DNA of 64,000 bases from Chrysomallon squamiferum (taxonomy: Eukaryota > Animalia > Mollusca). The notes below the pieces were generated by a model. That model was given only the letters and a program-made list of their open reading frames with translations. It did no database searches and was not told the DNA's origin. The position numbers were made by a program, and so were the translations under genes. This document shows positions 13,054 to 29,692 of the stretch, one piece after another. The DNA is taken from NCBI GenBank assembly GCA_012295275.1, contig CM022678.1, positions 13,082,001 through 13,146,000 on the forward strand. Direction: 5' to 3'. The number at the start of each line of letters is the position of its first letter. Position 1 is the stretch's first letter.

Positions 13054-13984
<931 letters not shown>

Positions 13985-15249
13985 GCTCAGTCTGTCTATT
14001 TAGTTGACTATATAATCATCTGTCTGTAGATCTATATGTATGGATTATTTTTTTATTATTATTATTTAATTTTTTTGTCTCATCACACAGACAGACAGAC
14101 GTTCAGATAAAATATTTACAGCAAGACACTGCGACTGACAGACACTCAGACACACATACACCCAGTCAGACATACAGATTATATTGTAAGATACAGACAG
14201 ATATACAGACAAACAGATACATAAGAACAGATAAAGAATAAGAAATTTTTGTCCCAAACTGATCTCCCGTTACTAGTGCTGATCCCACAATCTCATTTCA
14301 TTTAAATCATTAAGTCTCGGATTACAGCAGACGAGAAGAAGTCTTGGCTGGTTTGCGCTGGCAGACTCGGACTGAGTATGTAAACACTCTTTACACGGGT
14401 CAGCGCCGGCAATGAAAACACCCGTTACTTCGTCCACGGTCCGCTGATCAGCTACAACCGTCAGATCGATTCGGTTCGCTGACTCGCCACACACGGGAAT
14501 ATCGACTGACTGTCAGGTACTCTAAAACGTGTTTCTTCTTTGTTATCCCGATCTAGCCAGGACAGCAGAGTCATTGTTACACTACTCACAATGTTAATTA
14601 AAACTTGTGTTAGAAAACACAATAGCGAAAAATCGTTATAAAAAGTTAGGAGAAAGCAGCTGTAAACATTATTGTTAACTGGAAAGAAATCTAAGACAGT
14701 ATATATATATATATATATATATAGACAGACACACACACATATTAAAAGTCTTTATATTTACAAGAAAATTTATTAATGCCATTAGCATGCTTAAATATAA
14801 TTGTATTGTAATACAAGATAAACACAGTAATTACATAAAATGAGACAGAAAGATGTATTCAGCTAAAGTTTACATTTATTATACAAAGTATTTTGTCCCG
14901 TCTCTCTGTTATGTAGGATGACGTCATGAAATACAGAAATAACTGAAATCTCCTAGCAACTTTTGTTAACGTCATACTATATTATTACAAACTGTCAATG
15001 TATTTTAAGTAATTTAAGTAATAATATATATTTTTTATAATATTTATACGTACCAGCATATGTGTTCTTTATCTACTACGTTACATTTCAAAGAAGATAA
15101 CTTAAAAACATGTATAAACAATTGTTACTGTTTTCGGTTAATTATATATTTTTTTGTTTTGTTTTAATAGTTTATTAGTAGTTATTAATTTGGTTTATTT
15201 CAACATGTACATTAAATATTATATTTTAGCATTGGATGATAAATAACAG

Positions 15250-15711
<462 letters not shown>

Positions 15712-16994
15712 GAAATATTTTCATATCTCCTCGTATTCAGTCTCCAGCCTGTCTGTTTCTCTGTCTGGCTGGAAATATTTTCATATCTCCTATGATTTAT
15801 TATTTTACCTCGTCTGTTTGGAAACGTTCAATATTAGAGAGAACGTACCCAATAACACAACCTATTTCCACCGTAACTCCTTCTGGCATTTATATATCGG
15901 TATAATTTAACTTTTTACGCGTTTGTCTCGTAAATACACACGAGTGTATTCTAATGACAGCTAACTCCCGTCTTTAACTACTGACATTTATGCTCCTTTT
16001 ATACTCCAGAACATATTAGTGTAGTTAAAATACAAGATTCTTAATACTGGCTCCCAAACTCAGTTCTTTTTAAAGAGAGAAAGGAAGGAAGGAAGGAAGA
16101 AGAAGACGATGATGATGAAGATGAAGAAGTAGAGAAAATGATGATGGTGATGAAGAAGATGCTGATGACCTGTCTCTCTGTTATGTATGCGTGATGACTT
16201 GAAGTATGGGAATAACTGAAATCTGAAGAGTACGAAGATGAAAATAAGATGATGATGAAAATGAGGATGATGATGAGTTCGAAGAAGAAGACAATGATGA
16301 TGAAGAACCATAAGGAGAAAAAGATTATGATGAAGAAGAAAAAGAACAAGATGATGATGACGATGACAACGATCATGATGAAGAAGAAGAAGAAGAAGAA
16401 GACAGAGGTGTTCACTGTTTCGTGTCCAGTTTCTCTTGTTCTAAGTGAACTGACTCGGAGTCTGTCTGGCGGTCAGTACAACGCGGCGCAGTCGTCTGTC
16501 AGCGAGAACCAGGAAGAAAAATGGCTTCTGCTAACGGATGTTCGTCAGATTCTATCTAATATTCTGTCAAAAATATCGTTTTCCAATTTGCATTATCAAG
16601 AAGAAAAATCGCTGAGCGAACTAAACGAAGTTCGTCTCGGATATTCAAAGCAAATATTTTAGATAAATTTGTGTGTTAACGAGAAAACTCTTATGTTTGA
16701 AATGAAAAGAAAAATGATTTTTTTTTTTTCTTTTACATTTTTGAAATTGACTATGATAAGTACGTTTCAAAACTGTTTATGTTGGCTCTTTAGTTTTGAA
16801 TTTGAAAAGCCAGAAAAAAAATGAGAAAGATTATCCAGGTATTTAGAGAAACTAGAGCACGCTAGTTTACACTACCCTCCGCGAGTTACTCAGAAAAAAC
16901 GTGCAATAAATCGTTGACATTTATGAGAATCAAACACGGAAGCGAACATTTTAAAGAGACATTAAATTTTAAATCTTGTACCGACATGCAGATC

Positions 16995-17109
16995 TTACAC
17001 ACATACACACACACCAGAGACACATACACACATGCACACACATACACGCACACAGAACACAGACAACATACACCAAACATACATATACAGGTATATAGAA
17101 ACATATACA

Positions 17110-17155
<46 letters not shown>

Positions 17156-17408
17156 CACACTAACACACACACTAACACAAACACATGCAACTCACCGATA
17201 TTCACATACATATACACTCAAACCCAGCAGAAACACACATACACACGCACAACACACACACATACACACATACACACTCAAACATAGCACATACACAACA
17301 TACACCATACACATATACACATAAACAAAAAACAAACATGCATACACACAAATGCACACACATATACACATACACATATATACACACGTACAAAAACATA
17401 CACACACA
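16995..17408. repeat. Degenerate (CA)n field
   Basis: Directly visible. Confidence 0.92.
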
Positions 17409-18927
17409 CGAGAGTGAAATATTTCCTTGTATTGGTTATATTATGCTGTGAAAAGCTGGCCATAAACTGATATTTCACTCTACTGAATGTTTTATGTTGA
17501 TCTCGTAGACAGTCGTGGAAAGCCCCTTTTGACAGAAAATGATTTACAAGTGTAAACTACAGACCAATGATATAACGCAATTGAATATCAAACTGCCAAG
17601 TTGTCTTAGCTAAACATTCCTAGCTTATTCTGATAGATACTGTCAATGAGATTAAAAAAAATAATGAATTAAGAGTTAGATAACAAAATTATTTAATTAA
17701 TTTGTTTTCAGATTCCTTTTATCTTTGACTAAATTTCACACAAAAGTTTCAGTTACCACCTTGTCGAACCGCACCTTTATTTTAAATTCTAGACCCGCTC
17801 AGTGTAAGATAAGATTAGGACTAAGTGAACTTTTGCTCTAGTTTTATCTAGGAGAGGATCTAGAATCTCGGAAAGAGTAGGCAAGCCACCGCTTTTGATA
17901 AATCTGGTTTCATTAAAAAGAAAACTCACAGAACATGGGTGGACAACAATACGAGGAAGGAAACAGTAGATCAATCTCGGCTGATTTGTGCACCAAAATC
18001 GAAAACCTTATTCCGCTTCACTTGTCTGTTGTCGCATTTCCAATATTTACCAACAGCGAAGAATACCAGTCAAGTAAACAAGTTAAAAAAACAGTATAAT
18101 ATTTCTCTTTCGATTATTTTTCCGCCCGTCCGTATGTATGTCACCACTCAGTTTATACACTGTATAATTTATTTTCTTGTTTCTGAAAGAAAGATTTTAA
18201 TATTACATAGAACTTGATGTTAAGTCCACCCTGAAACAATCAGTTATTCTACGGTCTGTTTGTGGATCGTAAACTTCACATCTAGAACTTACTCATTTAC
18301 TAAAATACTCGAAGTATCGATCTGCAGGTGATTGAAGCCAGCGAAGCTAAAATGGCCGACGTAAGGTTTATTTACACAGCGTCTTCTAATGCTGTCGTTA
18401 CTGCTGCGTCCATTTTTCCTGCGACTGAAACCGCTGCTGCTGCTGCTGCTGTAGTTTACTCAGACAACTGTAGCAGCTTTAACTACTACTACTAATAACA
18501 AGACTATCAGTTTCCATAGCTGCCAATGTTGCCTGTCGTTCTAGAGATGTTTCTATTTAGAAGAGTAATTTACGGTTATATCGCTTCCGCTTCGACTTAC
18601 ACACAGTCGTAACAAGAAACATGTCCCGTGACCTCAGCTCAAATAAATCTTTTCTTCTTCTTCTTCTTCTTCTTTTTTCTTCTTCTTCTTCTTCTGTTTG
18701 ACTCACGTCACTGCACGAAAGACTTACTTGTATACAACCGGAAGGACGGATCGATGTTTACAAAAAGGCGGATGTAACACTGTTGTTTTTGTTTGTTTGT
18801 TGTTGCTTTTTTGTTTGATTGTTGTTATTTTGTTTGCTTCTTTTTGGGTTTTTTTATGTTTTAGTTTTTTTCTTAGGAGCACCACAAATAATTTTACACG
18901 TAAATTTTACAGCAAAAAGCAGCTGCA

Positions 18928-19670
18928 GTAGTAATAGTAAAAGTAGTATAGTAATACAAGAGTAATATTAGTAGTAGTAATAGTAAAAGTAGTATAGTAA
19001 TACAAGAGTAATATTAGTAGTAGTAATAGTAAAAGTAGTATAGTAATACAAGAGTAATATTAGTAGTAGTAATAGTAAAAGTAGTATAGTAATACAAGAG
19101 TAATATTAGTAGTAGTAATAGTAAAAGTAGTATAGTAATACAAGAGTAAATTAGTAGTAGTAATAGTAAAAGTAGTATAGTAATACAAGAGTAATATTAG
19201 TAAAAAAAAGTAAAAGTAAAAAGTAGTATAGTAATAGTAAATTAGTAGTAGTAATAGTAAAAAGTATAGTAATACAAGAGTAATATTAGTAGTAGTAATA
19301 GTAAAAGTAGTATAGTAATAGCAAGAGTAATATTAGTAGTAGTAGTAGTATAGTAATACAAGAGTAATATTAAGTAGTAATAGTAAAAGTAGTATAGTAA
19401 TAGTAATATTAGTAAGTAATAGTAAAAGTAGTATAGTAATAGCAAGAGTAATATTAGTAGTAGTAATAGTAAAAGTAGTATAGTAATACAAGTAATATTA
19501 GTAGTAGTAATAGTAAAAGTAGTATAGTAATAGCAAGAGTAATATTAGTAGTAGTAATAGTAAAAGTAGTATAGTAATAGCAAGAGTAATATTAGTAGTA
19601 GTAATAATAAAAGTAGTAATAGCAAGAGTAATATTAGTAGTAGTAATAATAAAAGTAGTATAGCAATATT
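18928..19670. repeat. 46-bp minisatellite, ~16 copies
   Basis: Unit GTAGTAATAGTAAAAGTAGTATAGTAATACAAGAGTAATATTAGTA; TACAAG at 18955 and 19001. Confidence 0.95.
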
Positions 19671-20813
19671 AGTAGTAGAAGTAGTAGAAGTAGTAGACGT
19701 TGTGGTGGTTGTTGTACTGGAAGGGGTAAAAAAGAAGTTATGTCAGAGAAAAGTGGTTTTGTTACAAAGAAAGAATAAAAAGTCGTCGAAGAAAAGGGAA
19801 GGTGAACACATCTTCCTCCAACACGTTTTATATAAATTACGTTTCTAAAAATAAATATTTATTCATATTTTAAGTATCGTGCGATGGGAGCTTTAGAGAA
19901 TAAACATGAACGTTATAATAAAATAATTCCCTATTTCGAATTTCGCCTAAAGGAGATAGACGTAAATTCCTGACTTTTTAAACGATCTTTTTTTTTTTTT
20001 TTTTTTTTCTTCAGGTTTTGCTTTCTATGAACGTCTGTTCCATTTGTTTACTCGCCGACTGGAAGATGAATTGCAGTCAACGTTCTCAAGATTTTTTTTT
20101 TTTTTTCAATGTTTCGTTTCGGTTCTTTTTTTAAAGTTGATTTTAAAATCGACTGGCCATGTGTACGCCGAGAGTAGTAATAAAGGAGAAAGAAGCGGAT
20201 CTGTTTTAGCCCCCAGTTTATAACATTAGAAAGAATTTAAGAAAAAAAAGAGAAAAAACTGGAGAAAGAAGAAAGAAGAAAAGAGCATTAAAAAAAGAAA
20301 AATTGATAGTTTGATAGCGGAAAAGAGTTTTATACCAAAAAAGCAAATTAAAAATATATATATCGTTGTTTTTTTGTTGTTGTTTTTATCGCCTTTTTTT
20401 TTTTTTTTTTTTGTAGCGGAACTACGGTAAATGACAGCTGTGAAAAACGTCATTCGCTGACGTGATTTGCACATAAAAAGTGACTTTGTGTGTCACGGTT
20501 CCAGCGCTCTCTGACACTAATACAGTTATATATGTACTCTTATATCTGTTCTGTACATCACAGGCCGCGTTCCTCTGAGCCCAGTACAAGTATACATGTT
20601 ACTGTTATATACTTCATTTTAGTACGCATACACGAGTGTGTCAGTATACGTATGTTTACGTGTAAATGCGAATACGTTTATGTATGATACATATATAGTT
20701 TGTATGTAAGTGCTTTTTTGTTTGTTTGTTAGTTTGCTTCTTTTTAATTTTTTGTTTTAGATTTTTTCTTAGGAGCACTTCAAATATTTCACAAATCGAT
20801 TGTCATAACTCAA

Positions 20814-20878
20814 ATATTGTAATATTGTAATATTGTAATATTATAACATTGTAACATTGTAATATTGTAATATTGTAA
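20814..20878. repeat. 8-bp tandem repeat (AATATTGT)n
   Basis: About 8 copies with minor variants. Confidence 0.9.
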
Positions 20879-21931
20879 TTATATATGTGTATGTGTAATG
20901 CTTATCTGAGTGCGTGCGCGCGTTTATGAGCAAGCTGTATGAGTTCTTGTATAACATTCCAATACGTTACGTGTTATGTACAGCTAAATTATAAACGCAT
21001 TTGTTATTTCTGTATTTTCTTTCTTCTCCTCCTCTTTGTTTCTCTTTTGTTGCTGCTGTTTTTTTTTTTCTTGTTCTTTTTCTCCACACAAATGCGAGAT
21101 ACAACGTTACTTACCATGTTTCCAGCTTTAAAATAAAATAATACAAACTCACATATTGTGTCCACCTCAGAGACAACATACGATTAATACTAATAACAAT
21201 TGTATAAAACGTACAGCACAAATAGTCATTAATTCATTTAGCAAGTTTCTGAACGTATATTTGAATAATTATTATATTATTAGCAGTTGTCGTCGCAGTA
21301 GTAACAGTAATCTAGTATCGGGTATACTGGATTTAGTGGCAATGGTAGCAGTAGTGATAGCAGTATTCTAATAGTAGCAATAGTGATAGCAGTATTCTAA
21401 TACAATATTAATAGTAGTAGTAGTAGTTATAGTAGTAGTAGTAATAGTAGTCGTGGTGGTAGTAGTTGCAGCAGTAGTAGTAACAGTACTGGTTGTCTTG
21501 TAAATAGTGACAGTGATAGTAATTGTAACTCGTAATGGTTCCAGTGAATGTATAACCTGTTGCGTGGTTGCATTAATAGAAATGCTAATAATATTAATTT
21601 AGAAGTAGGTATTCACTAATAACTAAAGAGTTAATGTCCGTCCTTGAACTCGCTGTAAGCGTTGATGTGATTGGTTTATTATTTCACTAAGCCCCGCACG
21701 ATTGGTATATTGTTGTCACTTCTCGGGTTTACATCAACACTTTATTCTCTAGTTTAAACTTAGCCAGCATATAAACAAAAATACACCTGTCACTAAATTT
21801 TCATTTATCTTCCCTGTACAATATTAAAAAATGTCTTTTGTTTCACGGAGTGCCGCCATTATTAGTAACTGCTTTATTTTTCTGCCTCTCTGAAGAATTA
21901 GTCTTATAGCAAGAAATGGCATGAAATAGAA

Positions 21932-22057
<126 letters not shown>

Positions 22058-24406
22058 CAGTGTTTTTGTCATTCTCTCTTTAACAGTCAGATCAGTGGCG
22101 GATCAAGCTAGAGTTTCACTTCTGCTCGCGATTATCTGTGGAATGAAAAAGAAAACGAATAAAAAGAAATCTAAAACGATGTTTGATGAGAATTAACGAG
22201 CTGCTAATCGAGTTTTTGACAAACTCTCGCGATAACCGGCGTGACTATGAACAGACAAGAGATGGGGAGAAAATTTGAAAGAGTTGAGTCGAGTACCAGT
22301 TGTATCACGAAAGCCAATATTCAACTATGCTCGTTCCATGCGCGTGCAGCTGTTACGGAAATCGTCTGCTAGTGCGGTATGCGAGAACGCTCGCTGTGTC
22401 TTTGTGTTTCTTTGCTTTTTTATTTTCAAAAGGAAGCGCTGTTTAGTGGCGTCCAACAAAACTAACCGTGAACCGACAGAATGATACGCTTGGCTATTTC
22501 AGGAAGCCGAACAGGTTGAGATGCGATCAGGACTCGTTTCCGGTTATTAACAGACTTCAGATTCAAACACTCGGACAGCTGGTCACGCGGTCTCGTGTTC
22601 TTATGAAGAAGAGTAGCAGCAGTAGTAGCAGTAAAAGTAGCTGTTGTTGCAGGAGTACTAATAGTAATATGTTTTGAAGTCGTGATTGTAATAGTAACTG
22701 TAGTATTTGTAATAATAGTAATAATAGTTGCTCTGCTAGACAAGACTGTAGTAGTAGTTGTTGTAGTAAGAGTAGTAGGATTTGTAGTAGTAATAGAGTC
22801 GCAGTAGCTGTAGTAGTTATAGTAACAATATTGTCGCAATACTTCTTGTTTTGTCTGTTGATGGAGATAGTAACAATAGTAGCAGAATAAATAAATAAAT
22901 AAATACATAAAAGTTAAATCATTAACAGAAAATAAAAAAATGTTCGGCAAACATCGGGTGTTTCCGTGTAAGTCTACTTGCTAAGAGCAACGAGAATTTA
23001 ATCAGTTTCAGCTAAGTTAACTCGCTGATTAATTTACCTGTTGCCAAGATCGTTATTTAACAAGCTGCTTTTTAAATACCACCCAGACCAGCATTCTGTT
23101 TTAAATATCTATACAACAGCCTCCGCTTTGCTCAGCAGTCACATAAATAACATATAAATAATAACAACTTTTGATACCATTGAACCAACACCTGTACAAG
23201 ATTTCTTTTCTTTTTTTCTATCAATATATTTTTAGATTATTTAAACTTTTATAAATTCTGGACATATCAGTCTGTTTCCATAACAAGCGTACTTGAATTA
23301 ATAGTATGTAGAGGCATAAACAGTCTTTATTTTTGTTGTTATTAGATTACTGTTTATTTTAGTGCATTATTGCCTTTAGGCAATGAACTATAAGGTTGAA
23401 GACCTTAGAATGTTACCATTATTCAGTTATTATTATTATTGTTATTATTATTGTTGTTGTTGTTGTTGTTGTTGTTGCTGCTGCTACTGCTGCTACTTTT
23501 ACTGCTTATGTTGTTTTGTTTACTTATTTCCCTCTTTTTGTATCTTTTGTTATAATTTTAATTATTATTAAATCGTGCTCTTTTAGTTTGTGCCTAGACT
23601 GGTGACATTTATCGCATAAATCGCTTTGTTTCTAAGCAAATTGTTTGACGTTTTTGTTCTACATCGATCATCCTGACCCAATAAAAATTCCTAAACAAAA
23701 TCCTGAAATCCTTTTTCAAATAAAACAGAATTCAAAGCGATAATATTTTCTACTCCGCCACTTACAGATAACAAATAAGGAAGTAATGTGTAACATTTAT
23801 TTATTTATTTATTTATTTATTTATCTATTTATTTATTTATTTACATATTTAATTATGTATTTTAATTTATTTATGTATTTGTTTATTTATTTATGTGTTG
23901 TTGTTGTCGTTGTTTTTTATTTCATTCCTATTGTTACATTCTGACCTTGATAAAAATTATTGCACAAGTGATATTCTTTCTTTTCTCCATTCATTCTGTC
24001 TGTTGACTTCTTTCTTAATAATAAAGCTGTTGTTGTAGTTGTAGCTTTGGTCAACGTCATTGTTACGTCAACAAAAGCTAAATCAGATTATAAAACTGAA
24101 ACAAATATATTCAGCGTTTGGCCTTACAGCACAAGCTCCTACAATATTCCCGCATAAATTATCATAAAATTAGCATAATGATATAATCAGATTGTCATAT
24201 ATCGAGAAACTGACAACAAGATGAATAACTTAAATAAGCTGATTAAGAAATGAGCAGACAGGGTCTGTACGTGTTTTCAACATCTTGGAATTAGGTCTTG
24301 TTCAAACACGCCTGTCGTGGGTTTGTTGGTGATATTTACTGAGTTTCGTTTTGAGGTGAATGATCTCGATTCAGACCCGACCTATTTTATTTATCTATTT
24401 ATCTAT

Positions 24407-24441
<35 letters not shown>

Positions 24442-24589
24442 TTTGTTTGTTTGTTTGTTTGTTTATTTATTTATTCATTTTATTGTTTGTTTGTTTGTTT
24501 ATTTATTTTATATTTATTTATTATTATTCTATTGCTGCTACTGTTAGAATACACTATTAATATAATTACTATTATTACTACTGTGGCTG

Positions 24590-24667
24590 CCACCACCAGT
24601 GTCTACTACTGCTACCACTACTACTATTTCTACTACTACCACCACCACTACAACTACTAGCACTACC

Positions 24668-24710
<43 letters not shown>

Positions 24711-24718
24711 GCACTACC

Positions 24719-24761
<43 letters not shown>

Positions 24762-24815
24762 GCACTACCACTACTACTATTTCTACTACTACCACCACCA
24801 CTACAACTACTAGCA

Positions 24816-24866
<51 letters not shown>

Positions 24867-24910
24867 GCACTACCACTACTACTACTACCACTACCACTAC
24901 TACTACTAGA

Positions 24911-24981
<71 letters not shown>

Positions 24982-25021
24982 CACTACTACTAGCACTACT
25001 ACTACTACTACTACTACTCAG

Positions 25022-25080
<59 letters not shown>

Positions 25081-25115
25081 AGACTACTACTACTACTACT
25101 ACTACCACTACTACT
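24590..25115. repeat. Compound (ACT/ACC)n trinucleotide field with internal block duplications
   Basis: Directly visible; the block TTTCTACTACTACCACCACCACTACAACTACTAGCAC occurs twice. Confidence 0.95.
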
Positions 25116-26034
25116 GCTGCTGCTTTTGGTGATTATTTCAACTACAGTAAGTAACTAAACATTGATAGGAAAGAACAACAAGTATTTTAAAAAATATTTT
25201 AGACTAATTTTTTAGAATCAGAACAAATACTTTTTAATTTAAATCAAAATTCGAAATTTTTAAAAAGAAATAATAAATAAATAAATAAATAAATAAATAA
25301 TAATAAAACAACAATAACAACAGATTTCAAACTATGAACAAAATACTTATAGATCATAATAAAAATGTCGTACGTGACTGGTTCAAAGGTCATTTATTAT
25401 CGGTTGCTACAAAAGCGCAATACTTTTGAAGAACTGGTGTGTATCACTGAAGAGGTGTCTGTGACTAATTCAATAATTCAAGTACTGTGAGTGACGAGGA
25501 CGGTGATGGAAAATTCGTCAACTCACACGTTTCAACACTTCTACTGCATTACGTCTGACAACATTGTCTGTTTGAACGCAAGCAGACAAACACAAATACT
25601 GGCCGCACTGTTTGATAAAAATCAGCGAAAGATGACACGTGGTAAAAAGAACGTGTACACAGAGAAAAACAAATAGAAACTGAAAGAGAGTTTAAACACA
25701 AATAATTATGATAAATAAACAGGTGCATTTTTAGTTGTTGTTTTTTTCAAATTATATAATGGAATGACGAACATACACACACACTCTCACACACGCACAT
25801 GCATACACTCTCACACACGCGCACATACACTCTCACACACGCACATACATACACACACGCACGCACACACACACACTCACACACACACACAAACACACAC
25901 ACACATATATGTTTGATATATACATATACATACATTTATATATATACACATATTTAATTAATATTTATACATATTTCTAGGTAGGCTTGCATATACTGGT
26001 ATATGTACATACATACGTGTATCTGTGTACGTTG

Positions 26035-26225
26035 CATATATTATTACATATAGTCCCACATATCTATATAAGTTTCATATATTATTACATATAGTCCCAC
26101 ATATCTATATAAGTTTCATATATTATTACATATAGTCCCACATATCTATATAAGTTTCATATATTATTACATATAGTCCCACATATCTATATAAGTTTCA
26201 TATATTATTACATTATAGACCCATA
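26035..26225. repeat. 41-bp minisatellite, ~4.5 copies
   Basis: CATATATTATTACATATAGTCCCACATATCTATATAAGTTT at 26035, 26076 and onward; a degenerate extra copy lies near 26275-26320. Confidence 0.95.
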
Positions 26226-26546
26226 TACACAAACACACACACACATATATATTGTGGGGGGAGGTATGTTTGCGTACATATCTATATAACTTTCATATTC
26301 TCTTACATGAAGTCCCATCAACCATATTTATTTATTTATTAACGTGACACAGCAGATGAACATTATCTGTTGCTAACTAACAAAATAAACCTTCCTGCGA
26401 CATTACGAGTTATTTTAATCTGCCCCCTGCAAAGCAGACCTCAACAAGAGAGAAGATCGTGTTTTACAGTACATCGACTTCTAACTCCTGTTTGCAGACC
26501 AGTTTTTAAGGACCTCCGTAGCTAAAACGGCAGACGTTTTTTGTAA

Positions 26547-26814
26547 CGGCCATTTTGAAAATGACCAAAACACTCTTCCGAGATTGTATTATCTACCCTG
26601 AACAAAGCCGCCATGTTTGCGAACAGGTATAAAATGTCACGTAATGACGAATATAAAATGTGAAAGCGAAGAGTCAAACATCGCCTGAATGTCTGAGGCT
26701 TCCACACACAGAAGATTTATTTCATGAATGTTCTTTTTAAATGTTGTTCTATTGTATGACAAGTTGCTTAAATATTCTCAGATGTTGACGTTTGATAGTG
26801 GCGCCCTCTATTGG
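26547..26814 (-). promoter_or_regulatory. Island with two YY1-like motifs and a reverse CTCF-like motif
   Basis: Minus strand: CAAAATGGCCG (26547-26557), AAACATGGCGGC (26607-26618), CCAATAGAGGGCGC (26801-26814). Confidence 0.45.
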
Positions 26815-27172
26815 ACAAAAAAGTTATGTTTTGTGACACTGAATAGATAAATAGAGATTCTAAACCTATTCTGTGTCACGGACCAATTTGTGTGTCAAGC
26901 AAAACAGAATTAGTAAGCACAAACGTACATAAAATGATATTATAGCTAAAGCTTTGTGGTATCCGGTTTTAGTATTTTAAAATTTGTGTAGCACTTGTAA
27001 AAAGCAGATTTTAAAAAGTGAAAGAAATTAACATTAAAAGGGGTATATGTATATTTGTATGTATGTATGTATGTATATATGTATGTATATGTGTATGTAT
27101 GTATGTATCTATCTATCTATCTATTGATACATACATACATATATATATATATCTTTTATTCTATATTAATTT

Positions 27173-27304
<132 letters not shown>

Positions 27305-28110
27305 TTACTTGACGGAAGGAACACTAAAAGCTCTATTCATCGGGATAAGCTCTCAGCAGATAAAAGAATGACAGTTTTGATAAACAGTTTTAGAAAATAA
27401 TGATAAAACTAACGGCACATTTCAGAACCACAAAGGGACATAACAATAAGCATACAACGTCTCGGGTTTATTAATAAATATTTCCATTGTGCTGGGGAAA
27501 CCCTGTGGTGACTTATGGTCATCGCTGTAGTGTACAGTTATCCCGTTTCCACCTTATTGTTACTTGAAGAGACTAAGCCGTTGTCTTTGAAGTTTTTGTA
27601 CACAAAGTCGCCACTGACCATCTCGCCGCACTGTAAGCGGGTTCACACCCTCGCCACACGAGACAAAACTTGAATGATAAAAATCTTCAGGAGACTCAAC
27701 AACACTGCGTCTGATTTGTGGCGTGCACAGACATTTATTTTAACATTTATTGTGTTTTAATGAAAACCTGGGTGTTCACAGGAGCGGGTATATACAGGCT
27801 GTTGTCAAGATTACATCTGTTGTACAACTCGAGATAGCAAGATTAAAGTGTTAGTTTGATTTATCTGTGATCAAACACAGAGTCTAAATAAAGTCTATCT
27901 ATCAATATTTGTCCTTAACCGCCATCTAATTTTTAAAAATCTTGTCACATGTTTCTACTGCTGTGACATAAAGACGTATTCTGTTTAAATTACCTAGTTA
28001 AAGACGCACATACACAAAACCATATATATATATTAAACATACACGCAGAGACAGATACATTTAGTTTAATTAATTAAAATACAAATGCATATTAAATGAT
28101 TCGGCTAATG

Positions 28111-28305
28111 ATTTGTCTATCTGTCTGTTTGTCTGACTGTCTGTCTGTCTCTTTGTCTGTCTGACTGACTGTTTGTCTATCTGTCTGTTTGTCTGACTGT
28201 CTGTCTGTCTGACTGACTGTCTCTCTATCTGACTGTCTGTCTGTCTCTCTGTCTGTCTGTCTGTCTGACTGTCTCTCTGTCTGACTGTCTGTCTGTCTGT
28301 CTATC
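28111..28305. repeat. Degenerate (TCTG)n
   Basis: Directly visible. Confidence 0.9.
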
Positions 28306-29577
28306 TACCGCCTGTGGTTATATTGCTGTGATTACATTATATCTACGTTATTCTTTCTTGCTTTCTTTCATTCGTTCTTTTCTTGTTTCTATCCTTTAAC
28401 ATTTTATTCATATCTTTTTCTTCATCTTATTTTTTACTTCATTTAACGTCGCGCCTCACCTGGTCTTCTTCTTTATTTTTCTTTGTCTCTGATTTCTTTT
28501 ATTCTCTGTAAAAACAGATACAGACATTAAAATCACCTTTATTGCAGACTGTGGGAATATATGTCTGTTGTGAGACCTTTCCGGTTAACGTTTCAAGGCT
28601 CGATGTCCCGTTATGTTGATTTATGGAGTGATAATGTGTGTATCGGTTTCAGCTTACAACTCAGGAACACATCTAACGGTTTTTCTGTTTGCTAGGACAT
28701 CTCGGCTCGGGTACAAAGGGCGACTCTGGGCCTGGGATTATTCGCTTCTATGGATCTCTCAGCTGTAAGGTTGCGTGAACGAAGACTTCTTTTAGTTAGG
28801 GTAGACGATTTGTATCGTTTGTCTGGCGGTGCGGGGCATGCTTCGTTTCATGTGTTAGTTTGTGTGTGTGTGCGTGCGTGTGTGTGCCTGTGTTTTGTGA
28901 ATTTGTGTGTTTGTGTTTGCGTATGTGTATGTGTGTGTGTGTATGTATGTGTGAACAAATACATACATATATATATATATATATATATGCCTCTGTTTAT
29001 CTCTCTATGTCTATCTATTTGTCTATCTATAATTCTACCCATTCATTTATCCATCCATCCATCCATCCATCCATCCATCCATCCATCCATCCATCCATCC
29101 ATCGATTTCTCTATCTGAATGTTTCTGTGCTTCTCTCTCACATTCTGACTCTATCTGCCTCACAGTCAAAATGTATTTCTATATGTGTACGTTTCTTGAA
29201 TATATATATATATAATATATCTAAGTTTCGTGTGTATCTGTATCTGTCAGTGTTTCAGTGGAATTCTATTTAGTCGTAAACATTCTTTACGTCAGCACTT
29301 ACGTCCACGCTATCTGCGATCGTAAATAAAACCCAGCTATCTACGTAACTAGAGAAATGCTACCATTCAATGACTTAAATAAATAATTGTCAAAGTGTTA
29401 GTTTCACTCAATGCAAGGGAAAGAACTCTTATTACCTTATAAGGAAGTAAATCAGTTAAGAAGGAATTGTCAATTCTGTGAAGGTTATTTGTTCATATTG
29501 ACAGCCAAAACTCCTGACATTGTGAGGACGTATTTTGATAACTTAAAACAAAACATTAACCGATTGCTTAAACGCGA

Positions 29578-29692
<115 letters not shown>

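Noticed and set aside
14273-14510. GC-richer 73-aa minus ORF (CGESANRIDLTVVADQR...)
   Set aside because: No recognisable domain, GTG start and weak splice context; could be a non-coding element
16249-16662. 137-aa Lys/Met-rich ORF
   Set aside because: The N-terminal half is a GAA/GAT low-complexity tract and the remainder has no recognisable similarity
24544-25132. Poly-Thr, poly-Val and poly-Ser ORFs
   Set aside because: Pure trinucleotide microsatellite
25906-25922. ATATGTTTGATATA similar to miR-190
   Set aside because: Lies in a CA/TA microsatellite; the 3' half does not match and there is no hairpin
28696-28770. Possible exon reading GHLGSGTKGDSGPG after an acceptor-like TTTGCTAG
   Set aside because: GDSGP only superficially resembles collagen or serine-protease motifs; no supporting neighbouring exons
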